DNA from: a virus
Strand: one strand, 5' to 3'
Virus record (IMG/VR): IMGVR_UViG_3300028800_000003
Span: 55,740-119,739 of that record
Length of the DNA: 64,000 nt
The notes under the pieces were generated by a model that was not told where the DNA came from, did not search any database, and saw nothing but the letters and a program-made list of their open reading frames with translations. The translations under genes were made by a program, and so were the position numbers. Shown piece after piece: positions 51,539 through 59,682 of this stretch. How positions within the stretch are numbered: the stretch's first letter is position 1; each line of letters opens with the position of its first letter.

Positions 51539-51721
51539 TCAGGTTTCGGGGCTGTAGTCAGTCCCGAAGCCTTCCAGGTTCGGGTACGAATAGGTGCGGC
51601 GGGGAGCCGGTGCGCATGGGCGTCCACGAAGGGACACAGCCGTTTGCCGGTCGCGGTACTCACGCTGGGCTTGGAGCAATTGCCCTTCCACACGCCGCGC
51701 AGTGACGGGAGGCAACGTCAC
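51539..51721 (-). CDS. hypothetical protein
   Basis: 60-aa co-directional ORF. Confidence 0.35.
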   Translation of the reverse strand: MTLPPVTARRVEGQLLQAQREYRDRQTAVSLRGRPCAPAPRRTYSYPNLEGFGTDYSPET

Positions 51722-51765
51722 TGCATTGCGCAGGTCTCTTGGCGAGACCGCGCGGGGAGCTGAGT

Positions 51766-51987
51766 TCAGTTTGGATTCTCCGGCGCGATTTTTTCCGTGT
51801 CGAAGAAAACATCGGCCGCGTTGAATTGCACGGTCACGATGGAATTGGTGCCGTCATCCATGACGGCGACGCCAGAGACGCCAGCGACCGGTACGTCGCC
51901 AAGATACAGACCGAAGCCGCCACCGCGCATACGGCGCACGGTCATCGGAACCTCCGGCATGGTGAGCAACGCCGGAGCGTCTGTCAT
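51766..51987 (-). CDS. hypothetical protein
   Basis: ATG 3 nt after the upstream stop. Confidence 0.6.
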   Translation of the reverse strand: MTDAPALLTMPEVPMTVRRMRGGGFGLYLGDVPVAGVSGVAVMDDGTNSIVTVQFNAADVFFDTEKIAPENPN

Positions 51988-51990
51988 CTG

Positions 51991-52401
51991 TCAGCCCCCA
52001 AACAGCTTTTTCAGCTTGTCGATATGCTCGTCCTGCAAGCCGACGAACGTGTCGGTCTGGACGAAGCGCGGCAGTTGTTCGGACAGCATGTCAGAGTTGT
52101 CGTCGAGGATCGCGTAGCGATCGACCAGATCAGGGTGGTCGTCGATCCACTTTTTGATCTCGTAGCCGCGCTCGGTGGTGAGCCGCGGCGTCTTATCGAG
52201 CCAGCGAATGCCGGCCTGATGCAGGTGTTCCCACATATCGGGATGATTGCGCCAGGTCGACGACAGCACGATCTGAATGTCGGTCGTTTTCAGCCAGTCG
52301 AGCAGCCGCTTGGACAACTCGCGATCGACACCAAGGAAGCCGTTGCAGCGCTCCTTGGTTTTGTGATGATTGAGGACACCATCGATGTCCAGAAACAGAA
52401 T
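51991..52401 (-). CDS. HAD-domain protein (Swiss-Army-Knife RNA-repair-like) with no in-frame canonical start
   Basis: ILFLDIDGVLN...IVLSSTWR...RGYEIKKW...YAILDD...GL. Confidence 0.75.
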   Translation of the reverse strand: MLFLDIDGVLNHHKTKERCNGFLGVDRELSKRLLDWLKTTDIQIVLSSTWRNHPDMWEHLHQAGIRWLDKTPRLTTERGYEIKKWIDDHPDLVDRYAILDDNSDMLSEQLPRFVQTDTFVGLQDEHIDKLKKLFGG

Positions 52402-52411
52402 GTCGGCCCTG

Positions 52412-52669
52412 TCACGCCGCCATCGCCAGCTTTGCCGGCTCTGGAGAACCAGACACAGGCGCCGGATCGCCTTCCGGCGGCACGGCCTTCAACGCCGCGG
52501 ACGCATGCGCCCAGGCGCAATTCAATTCGATCATGCGCTCGGTGGTCGGGTCTGCGGCAAGTTGTTTGATGCAGAAGGCGACACTGTCGGCGCACTGCCG
52601 CAGTTGCGCGGCGTATTCGGGTTTGCTGCACGCCTTGGCGGCGTTGCGCAGCTCCAGGAGGAACGTCAT
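52412..52669 (-). CDS. hypothetical protein
   Basis: RBS GGAGG; coupled. Confidence 0.65.
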   Translation of the reverse strand: MTFLLELRNAAKACSKPEYAAQLRQCADSVAFCIKQLAADPTTERMIELNCAWAHASAALKAVPPEGDPAPVSGSPEPAKLAMAA

Positions 52670-52896
52670 TGCGCGCCCTCCCCGGTTTCGTCGACAATAT
52701 CGACGTTGAGCACCAGCCGTTCGAATTCATCGGCCATGCTTTCGTCCCACGGCGCTTCGCTGCCGCGGATCATCGCGACAAAGCCGTTGACGACATGACG
52801 CCACGCGAAATCATCGTCGGTGCGGGTCGGGCGCGTGGCGCCGAGCACGCCGGCAATCTGCGCCAGCGTGAGGTTGACATCAGCAAGCCGTCTCAT
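52666..52896 (-). CDS. hypothetical protein
   Basis: ATGA-coupled on both sides. Confidence 0.6.
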   Translation of the reverse strand: MRRLADVNLTLAQIAGVLGATRPTRTDDDFAWRHVVNGFVAMIRGSEAPWDESMADEFERLVLNVDIVDETGEGAQ

Positions 52897-53279
52897 AGCG
52901 GGATACTCGCCATGCAGGTCGGCGTTGCTTCCATGGCCTCGATCTGGCTGCGGCTTTCGCGCACCGCCTGATCCTTGCCGGATGTCTCGCTGATGATCGC
53001 GTGCGCCGAATACGGGTAGAACGAATCCCGCGGCCGCAATTCCGTCACCGAGACGATCTGCGCAATGGCGATCGTCACATGCCGGCCGTCAGGCGCGGTC
53101 AATGTGATGTGCGTCGGCAACTCGCAGGTCTGTCGGACCTCATGATCGCTGGTGAAGCGCTCGGTCGAGATGCCGGGATACTCCACCCAGTCGAATGGCG
53201 ATGCGATCACTGCGCAGACGACGAAGGCGCCGATGACGCCAAGCGCATCCCACACGTAGTCGATAAACGACTTTTTCAT
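52893..53279 (-). CDS. membrane-anchored hypothetical protein
   Basis: N-terminal TM; ITLTAPDGRHVTI...VRESRSQI; RBS GAGG. Confidence 0.65.
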   Translation of the reverse strand: MKKSFIDYVWDALGVIGAFVVCAVIASPFDWVEYPGISTERFTSDHEVRQTCELPTHITLTAPDGRHVTIAIAQIVSVTELRPRDSFYPYSAHAIISETSGKDQAVRESRSQIEAMEATPTCMASIPL

Positions 53280-53336
53280 TGCCTCTTGCTCCAAGGGGTA
53301 TTTCGCCGGCCTTGCCTAAGAGCCGGCGTCGTCCAG

Positions 53337-53516
53337 TTATTTGCTGGCGCGGCCAACGTGACCGGCAGCAAACCAGGTCAGCGCGAACTCGAACGCCGTC
53401 GACGGATCAACCGTCACACCTGGAATCGAAACGCCGAGATAGGCCAGGCCTGCATCGAGCAGCGCCAGCGCGGCGATGCCGTAATGGGCAATCGCAGCCA
53501 GAGTTGTCTTGTTCAT
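53337..53516 (-). CDS. small two-TM membrane protein (59 aa, below the ORF-track cutoff)
   Basis: RBS AAGGA; MNKTTLAAIAHYGIAALALLDAGLAYLGVSIPG...FALTWFAAGHVGRASK. Confidence 0.6.
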   Translation of the reverse strand: MNKTTLAAIAHYGIAALALLDAGLAYLGVSIPGVTVDPSTAFEFALTWFAAGHVGRASK

Positions 53517-53540
53517 TGTTGCTGTCCTTGAAAGGAAGGG

Positions 53541-53792
53541 TCAGCGTGGTCGCCTATCGATCCACGCTTCGATGTATAGAGCGCCACGGCGCGTGTAGAC
53601 CCACAGCCGTTTGCCTTGGCTAAGCGTGAAAGGATCGTTGCCAAGGCGACAGAACAAAAAGCCGATGTGCTTCCACCACGGCCAATGCTGAGATGCAGGG
53701 CCGTGGCAGCATGAGCCGCCTGGCTTGCCGTTCCAGTGCGACGCGCTGGCATGAATGACCAGCGGCCAAGTCCATGGCGTGCGAACGATCAT
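53541..53792 (-). CDS. Trp-rich hypothetical protein
   Basis: MIVRTPWTWP... co-directional ORF. Confidence 0.45.
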   Translation of the reverse strand: MIVRTPWTWPLVIHASASHWNGKPGGSCCHGPASQHWPWWKHIGFLFCRLGNDPFTLSQGKRLWVYTRRGALYIEAWIDRRPR

Positions 53793-53820
53793 GGTTTGAT
53801 CACCAGAAGCCGCGGCATGA

Positions 53821-54012
53821 TCAGAACCAGCCGAGCAGCGCGCCGAGCGGGAAGGCAAAGATGCCGAGGATGCGCACGGCAAACATCGTCGTCACCGGCG
53901 AATTCGCCACGGCGAGATGCACCACGTCGATCAGATTCATGATCCAGCCGGCGACACCGGCGACAACCACGGCCATGTAGACGATAGCGAAAGAACCAAA
54001 CAGCTTACCCAC
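53821..54012 (-). CDS. small membrane protein
   Basis: GGAGG plus GTG; GWIMNL...RILGIFAFPLGALLGWF. Confidence 0.75.
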   Translation of the reverse strand: MGKLFGSFAIVYMAVVVAGVAGWIMNLIDVVHLAVANSPVTTMFAVRILGIFAFPLGALLGWF

Positions 54013-54039
54013 GAATGCCTCCATTCGGTTGGTGGGATT

Positions 54040-54425
54040 GGACGAACGCGGCGACTCAAGGAGCGCCGCGCGGTAGAGAATTCTGGACATCGTCACGCGC
54101 AGCGCTGCATTGGCGCGGCCGCTTCGCTGCGACGAGTCAATAAGAGGCGGCGCCGCGTGATGAAATTCAGCGGTCGCCGCCGGAAATGGGCAGGTCTTAA
54201 AATTAGTTGCGCAGGCGCTGATACCGCCTCGCTCAAAAAGAAACTGCGTGGCGGCCAAAGCCTCTGTCAGGGCTGGCGCGCCACGATGTTTCGCCGATGC
54301 AACTCGGCGGGGTATTAATCGGCCGGAGATCAGCCCGGCCGGCCTGGGAGCGACCCAGGACTTATAGCCGCCAGAACACGGTGTCGACGTGCGGTCGCTT
54401 GTTGCGGCCGCGCCGTGCTGGCGGA
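54040..54425. ncRNA. candidate structured non-coding RNA
   Basis: At least eight consecutive or nested stem-loops in an intergenic block with no convincing CDS. Confidence 0.4.
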
Positions 54426-54427
54426 AT

Positions 54428-54504
54428 TGGTCTGCGTGGCAGGACTCGAACCTGCGACAACTCCGCTCCGAACGGAGGACTCTACCAAGCTGAGCTACAC
54501 GCAG
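54428..54504 (-). tRNA. tRNA-Pro (CGG)
   Basis: CTGCGTG-TA-GCTCAGCTTGGTAGAGT-C-CTCCG-TTCGGAG-CGGAG-TTGTC-GCAGGTTCGAGTCCTGC-CACGCAG-ACCA; C1-G72, A73. Confidence 0.93.
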
Positions 54505-54653
54505 ATATTTGCGTGCGCCGCGAGGCGAGCGAAAAGGATTTACGCCCAGCCTTCGCGGCTGGCGCTTGGGTAGCCATTCACAGGCTTCATCGGAATGTAA
54601 AGGGTCGTGCCGCCATCAATGATGGTCTCGGTGGAAGCCATGACACGATCCCT

Positions 54654-55178
54654 TCAAAATTCGGTGCCGAAGACGCGATCCCACAAGCTCGTAACGACAC
54701 CGTAGTTGGTGTCATCCACGGCATGGTGGATGGCGTGACGCCGTTTCAGACGCCACAGCGGATGACCGCGGCGAATGTCGGCGTAATGGAACAAGGTATG
54801 CAACGCGGCATAGACCACGTAGCCGATCGAGAAGCCGATCATGGCGGCGCTCGACTGCAAGCCGAAGGCCAGCCAGGAGCCGGCATACATCAACGTGGTG
54901 AGCAGCGGATGCAGCGCGATGTAGTCGCGCGGCTCGTCATGGTGCATTGCGTGAAAGCGACGCAGCAACAGCGGCGCCTCGTGTAGCACCCAGCGATGCA
55001 CCACGTATTCGTAGAGGCTCCAGACGAACAGGCCGATGCCTGCCTCGCCGAACCATTTCAATGACACGCCGTGGATGACAGAAAGGATCAGCAAGCCCAG
55101 CGTGGCCGGTGCCGTGATCAGAAAGTCGGCGTAATATTCCCACTTGGTCAGCTTGACCAGCCGCTGAAATTTGATCAT
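54654..55178 (-). CDS. sterol desaturase / fatty acid hydroxylase family protein
   Basis: His boxes HRWVLH, HAMHH, HTLFH and HAIHH; NYGVVTSLWDRVFGT. Confidence 0.9.
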   Translation of the reverse strand: MIKFQRLVKLTKWEYYADFLITAPATLGLLILSVIHGVSLKWFGEAGIGLFVWSLYEYVVHRWVLHEAPLLLRRFHAMHHDEPRDYIALHPLLTTLMYAGSWLAFGLQSSAAMIGFSIGYVVYAALHTLFHYADIRRGHPLWRLKRRHAIHHAVDDTNYGVVTSLWDRVFGTEF

Positions 55179-55376
55179 CCAACGGCTTCCATCTTGGGGC
55201 TAAGCACCTGTGAATATTGCGTTTCCACACTTTCGCGCAAAATAGCGCCGAACTGTGGAAAACCGAAATTGTTGCTCCGTCATCGGGGCCAGAGGCGCGC
55301 GCGTCCGCCCGTTTATCCCGACTTTCTCAATGCACCAGGGCCATTGTCCTGCTGGCTGGTACGGATTTCATGTCTA

Positions 55377-55398
55377 AGCGTAGTTCATGAACTACGCT
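55377..55398. repeat. perfect 22-bp palindrome
   Basis: AGCGTAGTTCA|TGAACTACGCT with no spacer. Confidence 0.9.
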
Positions 55399-55414
55399 CG
55401 ATCACCATTTTCTC

Positions 55415-55624
55415 TTACGCTGCATCAATCCAGTCATCGATGCGCCAGATGGCGGCGTTGATCTTGCGCGCGAGCCAGCGATCCCTGATCGCCCAGGCCA
55501 GCACCTTATCGAGCAGATATGCCGCGCCGCGCAATAGCGCAATCGGTGCATACGCCAGCAACACCGGCAGGGATACAATCACCTGCGCGGCGAAACCCAA
55601 CCACTGACGCGTTTTGCGGCTCAT
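55415..55624 (-). CDS. small membrane protein
   Basis: MSRKTRQWLGFAAQVIVSLPVLLAYAPIALL; ATGA-coupled. Confidence 0.6.
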   Translation of the reverse strand: MSRKTRQWLGFAAQVIVSLPVLLAYAPIALLRGAAYLLDKVLAWAIRDRWLARKINAAIWRIDDWIDAA

Positions 55625-55800
55625 GGCACTGCACCAAGAAGAATGCACTCGGTGCCGAAATGCAGCTTGTTCATCACCTCGATGATCAGGCCTGATTGCT
55701 CGGTGCCGAGATCGAAGCGGCGCCATGTCTCCAGGAGATCGGCGTCATTGTGAAGCCGGTGCGCTGCCAGCTTGAAGACGGCGCGCTCGCGGCGGGTCAT
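55621..55800 (-). CDS. hypothetical protein
   Basis: MTRRERAVFK...; coupled on both sides. Confidence 0.55.
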   Translation of the reverse strand: MTRRERAVFKLAAHRLHNDADLLETWRRFDLGTEQSGLIIEVMNKLHFGTECILLGAVP

Positions 55801-56030
55801 TCGCCACACGAAAAAACGAAAGCCCAACCCATACAGGCAGCAAATCCGAGCCCAAAGGCACCACACAATCCGAAGGCGGAAAACCATGCCCGCCAATAGT
55901 CGACGGCAAGCCAGTAACCGACATGATGCGGATCGATGGCTCCGGCGGCGATATACGACAGCCACAGCAAGCCAGCAGCGAGCCCGCTATAGAGAATGGC
56001 CAGCGCCAGATTGGTCAACTTTCTGCACAT
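55797..56030 (-). CDS. small membrane protein
   Basis: RBS GGAGG; two hydrophobic segments. Confidence 0.6.
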   Translation of the reverse strand: MCRKLTNLALAILYSGLAAGLLWLSYIAAGAIDPHHVGYWLAVDYWRAWFSAFGLCGAFGLGFAACMGWAFVFSCGE

Positions 56031-56049
56031 TCGGTTGCCTCCGAAAGCG

Positions 56050-56271
56050 TTATACGGCCGGCGTCGGAATGCGCCCGATCTGGCCAAGCAAGATGGACAG
56101 GAATTGATTGTCGGCGATCGAGACATCCCAGTTCGGGTCGTTGCAAAGCTGCTCGACCACGTCGACGTTGAGCCATTCGCCCGGCTTGAACCGAGTCGAG
56201 TTGGTGATGGTCTTGACCTCGTATTGGCGAACGCCCCACACCAGACCGATCTTGACTTCCTTCGCTGCCAC
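56050..56271 (-). CDS. hypothetical protein
   Basis: YEVKTITNSTRFKPGEWL. Confidence 0.6.
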   Translation of the reverse strand: MAAKEVKIGLVWGVRQYEVKTITNSTRFKPGEWLNVDVVEQLCNDPNWDVSIADNQFLSILLGQIGRIPTPAV

Positions 56272-56282
56272 CTTGGCGTCTC

Positions 56283-56486
56283 TCAGTAACCGGATTTCAG
56301 ATCAGGCTTTGTGCGCGGGTCATACGGAAAATAGACCCGACATTCAGGTCCGTTCTCGCCGTCGAGATAGGTCTCGTAGACCCATCCCATCCACACGTAT
56401 CGCCCTTGCGCGTATTCCGGCATCCAAGCCCAGTGGCGCGTCACGTAGTACGTTCCATCGGCCGTCTTGGTGAAGACCTCTGGCAT
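56283..56486 (-). CDS. hypothetical protein
   Basis: HWAWMP...GRYVWMGWVYE; TGATG-coupled. Confidence 0.6.
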   Translation of the reverse strand: MPEVFTKTADGTYYVTRHWAWMPEYAQGRYVWMGWVYETYLDGENGPECRVYFPYDPRTKPDLKSGY

Positions 56487-56839
56487 CAGGCGTTGGCCTG
56501 TTGATTGTAGCCGATCGAGCCGCCACCCGTGTTCTCCGGCAGGTACGGCTTCAACGCCGCAAGCTGGTCGGGCGAATACGCGAATTGCGAGAACAGTGCC
56601 TTGGCGACGTTGTCGAGATGTTCAAGCTCGCCGACGGCCGGCGACTTTGGAAACACCTTGGCGAGATTCTTGATAGCGTCCGACACCACCGGGAATTCCT
56701 TGTCGATCGCTTGATAGATCGAGTCGCCGGCCTTCACCGCGTTGACAGCGAGGACGACATCGCTGGCGACGGAAATAACGGCCGGCATCCGGGCGATGAA
56801 CGCCGCGGCGACCGCAAACAGTGCCTCAATCGCTTCCAT
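56486..56839 (-). CDS. hypothetical protein
   Basis: MEAIEALFAVAAAF...; RBS GGAG. Confidence 0.6.
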   Translation of the reverse strand: MEAIEALFAVAAAFIARMPAVISVASDVVLAVNAVKAGDSIYQAIDKEFPVVSDAIKNLAKVFPKSPAVGELEHLDNVAKALFSQFAYSPDQLAALKPYLPENTGGGSIGYNQQANA

Positions 56840-56843
56840 GTCA

Positions 56844-57395
56844 TTACTCCGGAATCCGCATCCACTCGGAACGGTCGATCGCTTCCTGCGGAACCTGGCG
56901 CCCGAGACTGCCAACGTAACCGAGCGTGTCGTTACGACGAAACACGACGGCGGCCTGATACCCAGGAGCACGCCACAAGAATGAGTGCGGCACGTCATCC
57001 CAGTTGAAAGGATGCCATGGCGATGCCGACTTTGCTGCGACGGCATTCTCGACGTGATGGATCGCCGACTTGGTGTGCTCGATCGCAGACATCACATCAC
57101 TGCCGGCCGATTTGACCAACTCAATGGCGTCGGCGACTTTTGCAGCCGCTTCGGAGATTTTCGCCAGCTTGGCCTCGGCTTCGTCCGTCTCGATGTTCAA
57201 CGTGACGGTAAGAATGCCGGGTGCTGCACCAGCAACGGCTTGCAGCCGCTTGGACGCTTCCTTGATCAGGTTAGCGTGCGATGCTTTGAGCGGCACCGTC
57301 CAGAGAATGTTCTCCAGAGCGCGTGCCAATTGCACGTCGTCGGCGCGCTCTGGTGTGCGCTGGATGTCCCAGCAGTTCGGATGCGCCTCGCCCAT
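56844..57395 (-). CDS. hypothetical protein
   Basis: MGEAHPNCW...; RBS GGAG. Confidence 0.6.
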   Translation of the reverse strand: MGEAHPNCWDIQRTPERADDVQLARALENILWTVPLKASHANLIKEASKRLQAVAGAAPGILTVTLNIETDEAEAKLAKISEAAAKVADAIELVKSAGSDVMSAIEHTKSAIHHVENAVAAKSASPWHPFNWDDVPHSFLWRAPGYQAAVVFRRNDTLGYVGSLGRQVPQEAIDRSEWMRIPE

Positions 57396-57400
57396 CGCTG

Positions 57401-58081
57401 TCACTCCCGCACCGGAGCGCCGTGACCCTCCATGCAGGCGACGGCGAGGGCGGCAATCTTGCGAAAGCCGTGCAGCACCTCGATGTTGTTGCCGCGACTC
57501 ACGCGCCAATCTTCGAACGCCTTGTTCAGGTACGTGTGGATCGCCGCCAGATAGTCGCCGACGCCGCTGAGCACGTCGGGCTTGGCATTGCCGCGCTCGG
57601 CCCGCTGATACTGGCGCTCGGCTACGATGGCGTCGAACGATTTCAGGATATTCCAAGTGAAATCGCGCGGCAGATTTTTCAGGTCTTCCGCGAAACGCGC
57701 AATCGAAAAGTCGACCGTGTCGAGCGGATTGGACGCATCACCCATGCGCACGAAATGCAGCATGGTGTACTGATCGGCGAGTGTCAGCGTGCCGTAGGCG
57801 GCGCGCAATTCGTCGGCCAGAACGTCGGACGCATTGTCGAGCGGGCGATCCTGACAGCTATGATTCTCGCTGGCGCGGCCAAGGCATTGATCGAGGCTGA
57901 CCAGTTCGGCACGAATGACAATGGCCCAGCCGAACAACTGGTTGCCATCGGTATAGCGCAGTTCGAGCAGATCGCCCGGCTTCGCCTTCATCCACTTGCC
58001 ACCCTTGCGGGCGGTCGACGTGGCTTTGCCGAACGGAATGTTGGCATTGGCTCGCAGATATAGAATCTCGTGAGTGGCCAT
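57401..58081 (-). CDS. ASCH/PUA-like domain fused to a MazG-like helical NTP-pyrophosphatase-like domain
   Basis: GKATSTARKG...KPGDLLEL N-terminus; IVAERQYQ...RKIAALAVACME C-terminus. Confidence 0.55.
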   Translation of the reverse strand: MATHEILYLRANANIPFGKATSTARKGGKWMKAKPGDLLELRYTDGNQLFGWAIVIRAELVSLDQCLGRASENHSCQDRPLDNASDVLADELRAAYGTLTLADQYTMLHFVRMGDASNPLDTVDFSIARFAEDLKNLPRDFTWNILKSFDAIVAERQYQRAERGNAKPDVLSGVGDYLAAIHTYLNKAFEDWRVSRGNNIEVLHGFRKIAALAVACMEGHGAPVRE

Positions 58082-58086
58082 GTCAG

Positions 58087-58311
58087 TCACTCCGATTTCA
58101 GGAGTGACACGGCGACGCCGGCCAGCGCGACGCTGCCCGCGGTGAAGCCGATGACGGCAGGCCAGCTCTGCGCATGCAGACCCCAGCCATAGATCATGGT
58201 GCCGAAGCCGCACGCAATTGCGCCCAGCCAGATGATAATCCCAGCAAGTGCTGCCACGTTTGCCTCCGTGGTTATTTGCTTTGCGCTCCAGACAAACGAG
58301 CGGGCCGTCAA
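58087..58311 (-). CDS. small membrane protein
   Basis: MIYGWGLHAQSWPAVIG, hydrophobic; true start probably the GTG after GGAGG. Confidence 0.6.
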   Translation of the reverse strand: MTARSFVWSAKQITTEANVAALAGIIIWLGAIACGFGTMIYGWGLHAQSWPAVIGFTAGSVALAGVAVSLLKSE

Positions 58312-58463
58312 CCTGAAAGCGAACAGGTTGACGGCCCTACAGACAGGCTCGGTTGTGGTTATTGAATGTTGCCGTGCTTACTTTCAGTTCGGCATCGGCA
58401 GTTGTTTGTTGCCCGCTTTCGGCGTCAAGGCACGACGGCCGCGCCACGGTGGGGCTGAACCAA

Positions 58464-58793
58464 TTATTCTTCGAGGTCGCCGTATCGGATCGGCTGAACG
58501 ATCGCGCCGGCTTCCATATCGGCAACGGCATCGGTCAGAAGCCGCCGCGGATGATTCGATAGCCGCGACTCTCGCACGGCATGTTCGCCGAACACGTCGG
58601 CGATAGCATCGGCTGCACGCCAGTCGATGAAAATGTCGCCGGCTGGATCAAGATCGTTCGGCCCGGCTTTCAGTTTCTTGACCGCCCCGCCCCGCTCCAG
58701 GAATTTCGCGGTAAGCCGTTCAAGTTCCTCACGTTGCGCGGCCTTGGTATCAATCGCAGATGCCGCGCTCGCGCGGTCCTCAAACGTACTCAT
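58464..58793 (-). CDS. SutA-like RNA-polymerase-binding-domain protein (tentative)
   Basis: KAAQREELERLTAKFLERGGAVKKL resembles the SutA core motif; RBS GAGG. Confidence 0.5.
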   Translation of the reverse strand: MSTFEDRASAASAIDTKAAQREELERLTAKFLERGGAVKKLKAGPNDLDPAGDIFIDWRAADAIADVFGEHAVRESRLSNHPRRLLTDAVADMEAGAIVQPIRYGDLEE

Positions 58794-58813
58794 TTCGCAT
58801 TGCTTTGCCTCTG

Positions 58814-58844
58814 AAATGAAAACGGCGGCCGTTGCTGGCCGCCG
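58814..58844 (-). terminator. terminator-like hairpin in the leader
   Basis: CGGCGGCC-6nt-GGCCGCCG followed by TTTTCATTT. Confidence 0.5.
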
Positions 58845-58870
58845 AGGTCATTTTGTCCATCATGAGGCGC

Positions 58871-58925
58871 AGAGTACCATGCGACGCGGGTATCGTCAAT
58901 ACTTAACCGCATTTTTTTGCGGGTA
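58871..58925 (-). promoter_or_regulatory. sigma70-like promoter with inverted-repeat operator
   Basis: Minus strand TTGACG-N17-TACTCT; TAACCGCA-N6-TGCGGGTA at 58904-58925. Confidence 0.65.
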
Positions 58926-59027
58926 TTCGGCTAAGTGGTTGATTTTGACCAAATAAATCTACATTACCGCCCACTTTGACATGCGACACGTCAGGGTTGA
59001 TACAACCTGATTCCAGGTTGAAAACGA

Positions 59028-59408
59028 TCACTTAAACAACGATTTGCTGCGGGCAAATGCTTCGATGTCCGCCTGAGTGTAGAGCGCAATACCTGCGGCG
59101 GCAGCCGCTTCAACGACACCGAGGCTGGCTTGCGTTACGTTGCGCTCGAACCATTCGCCATGCCGACGATGATGCCGTAGGCAGTGATGCGCCATCCGCT
59201 CCAACTCGCGGGCGATCTGTTCGCTTGGGACATGGAACTCCTTGAACAGGCGCAATTTGATTGGGCTTGACATCTGGAGCTGACGCAATCGCTCCTGAGA
59301 TGCGTTAGTCGTATATCCGATCTTCAATGGACCGCAGGCGCGCGCACCGACGATATAGACCGAGCACCATTGCGGCTTATCAAGAGCGGCAATCGCATGC
59401 TCGCTCAA
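59028..59408 (-). CDS. GIY-YIG (T5orf172/MUG113) family protein
   Basis: VYIVG...LKIGYT...RLRQLQ...LERMAH...RHGEWF. Confidence 0.85.
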   Translation of the reverse strand: MSEHAIAALDKPQWCSVYIVGARACGPLKIGYTTNASQERLRQLQMSSPIKLRLFKEFHVPSEQIARELERMAHHCLRHHRRHGEWFERNVTQASLGVVEAAAAAGIALYTQADIEAFARSKSLFK

Positions 59409-59463
59409 CGCCGGTTCCTTATTCTGAGGCAAATGTGATTTCTGCGCCCAACGCGCCGCCGAC

Positions 59464-59682
59464 TTATACATCCAGCTTCGACTCGAATGCAATGATGTCG
59501 CCGATGTCGGCACGTTGCTTCTCGGTGAACGTCGCGGCGAGCGCCCGTAGCGGCTCTCGATTGATCAGCTTCGGCCGCAGAAAATCCGGCATCGAATAGA
59601 GCACCTTGCCGGTCTCCATCACCTCGACGAGCAATCGCTTGGAGCGCTTGACGACAACAGCGGTGCCACAGAATGCCGTCAT
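59464..59682 (-). CDS. hypothetical protein
   Basis: ATGA-coupled ORF. Confidence 0.55.
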   Translation of the reverse strand: MTAFCGTAVVVKRSKRLLVEVMETGKVLYSMPDFLRPKLINREPLRALAATFTEKQRADIGDIIAFESKLDV

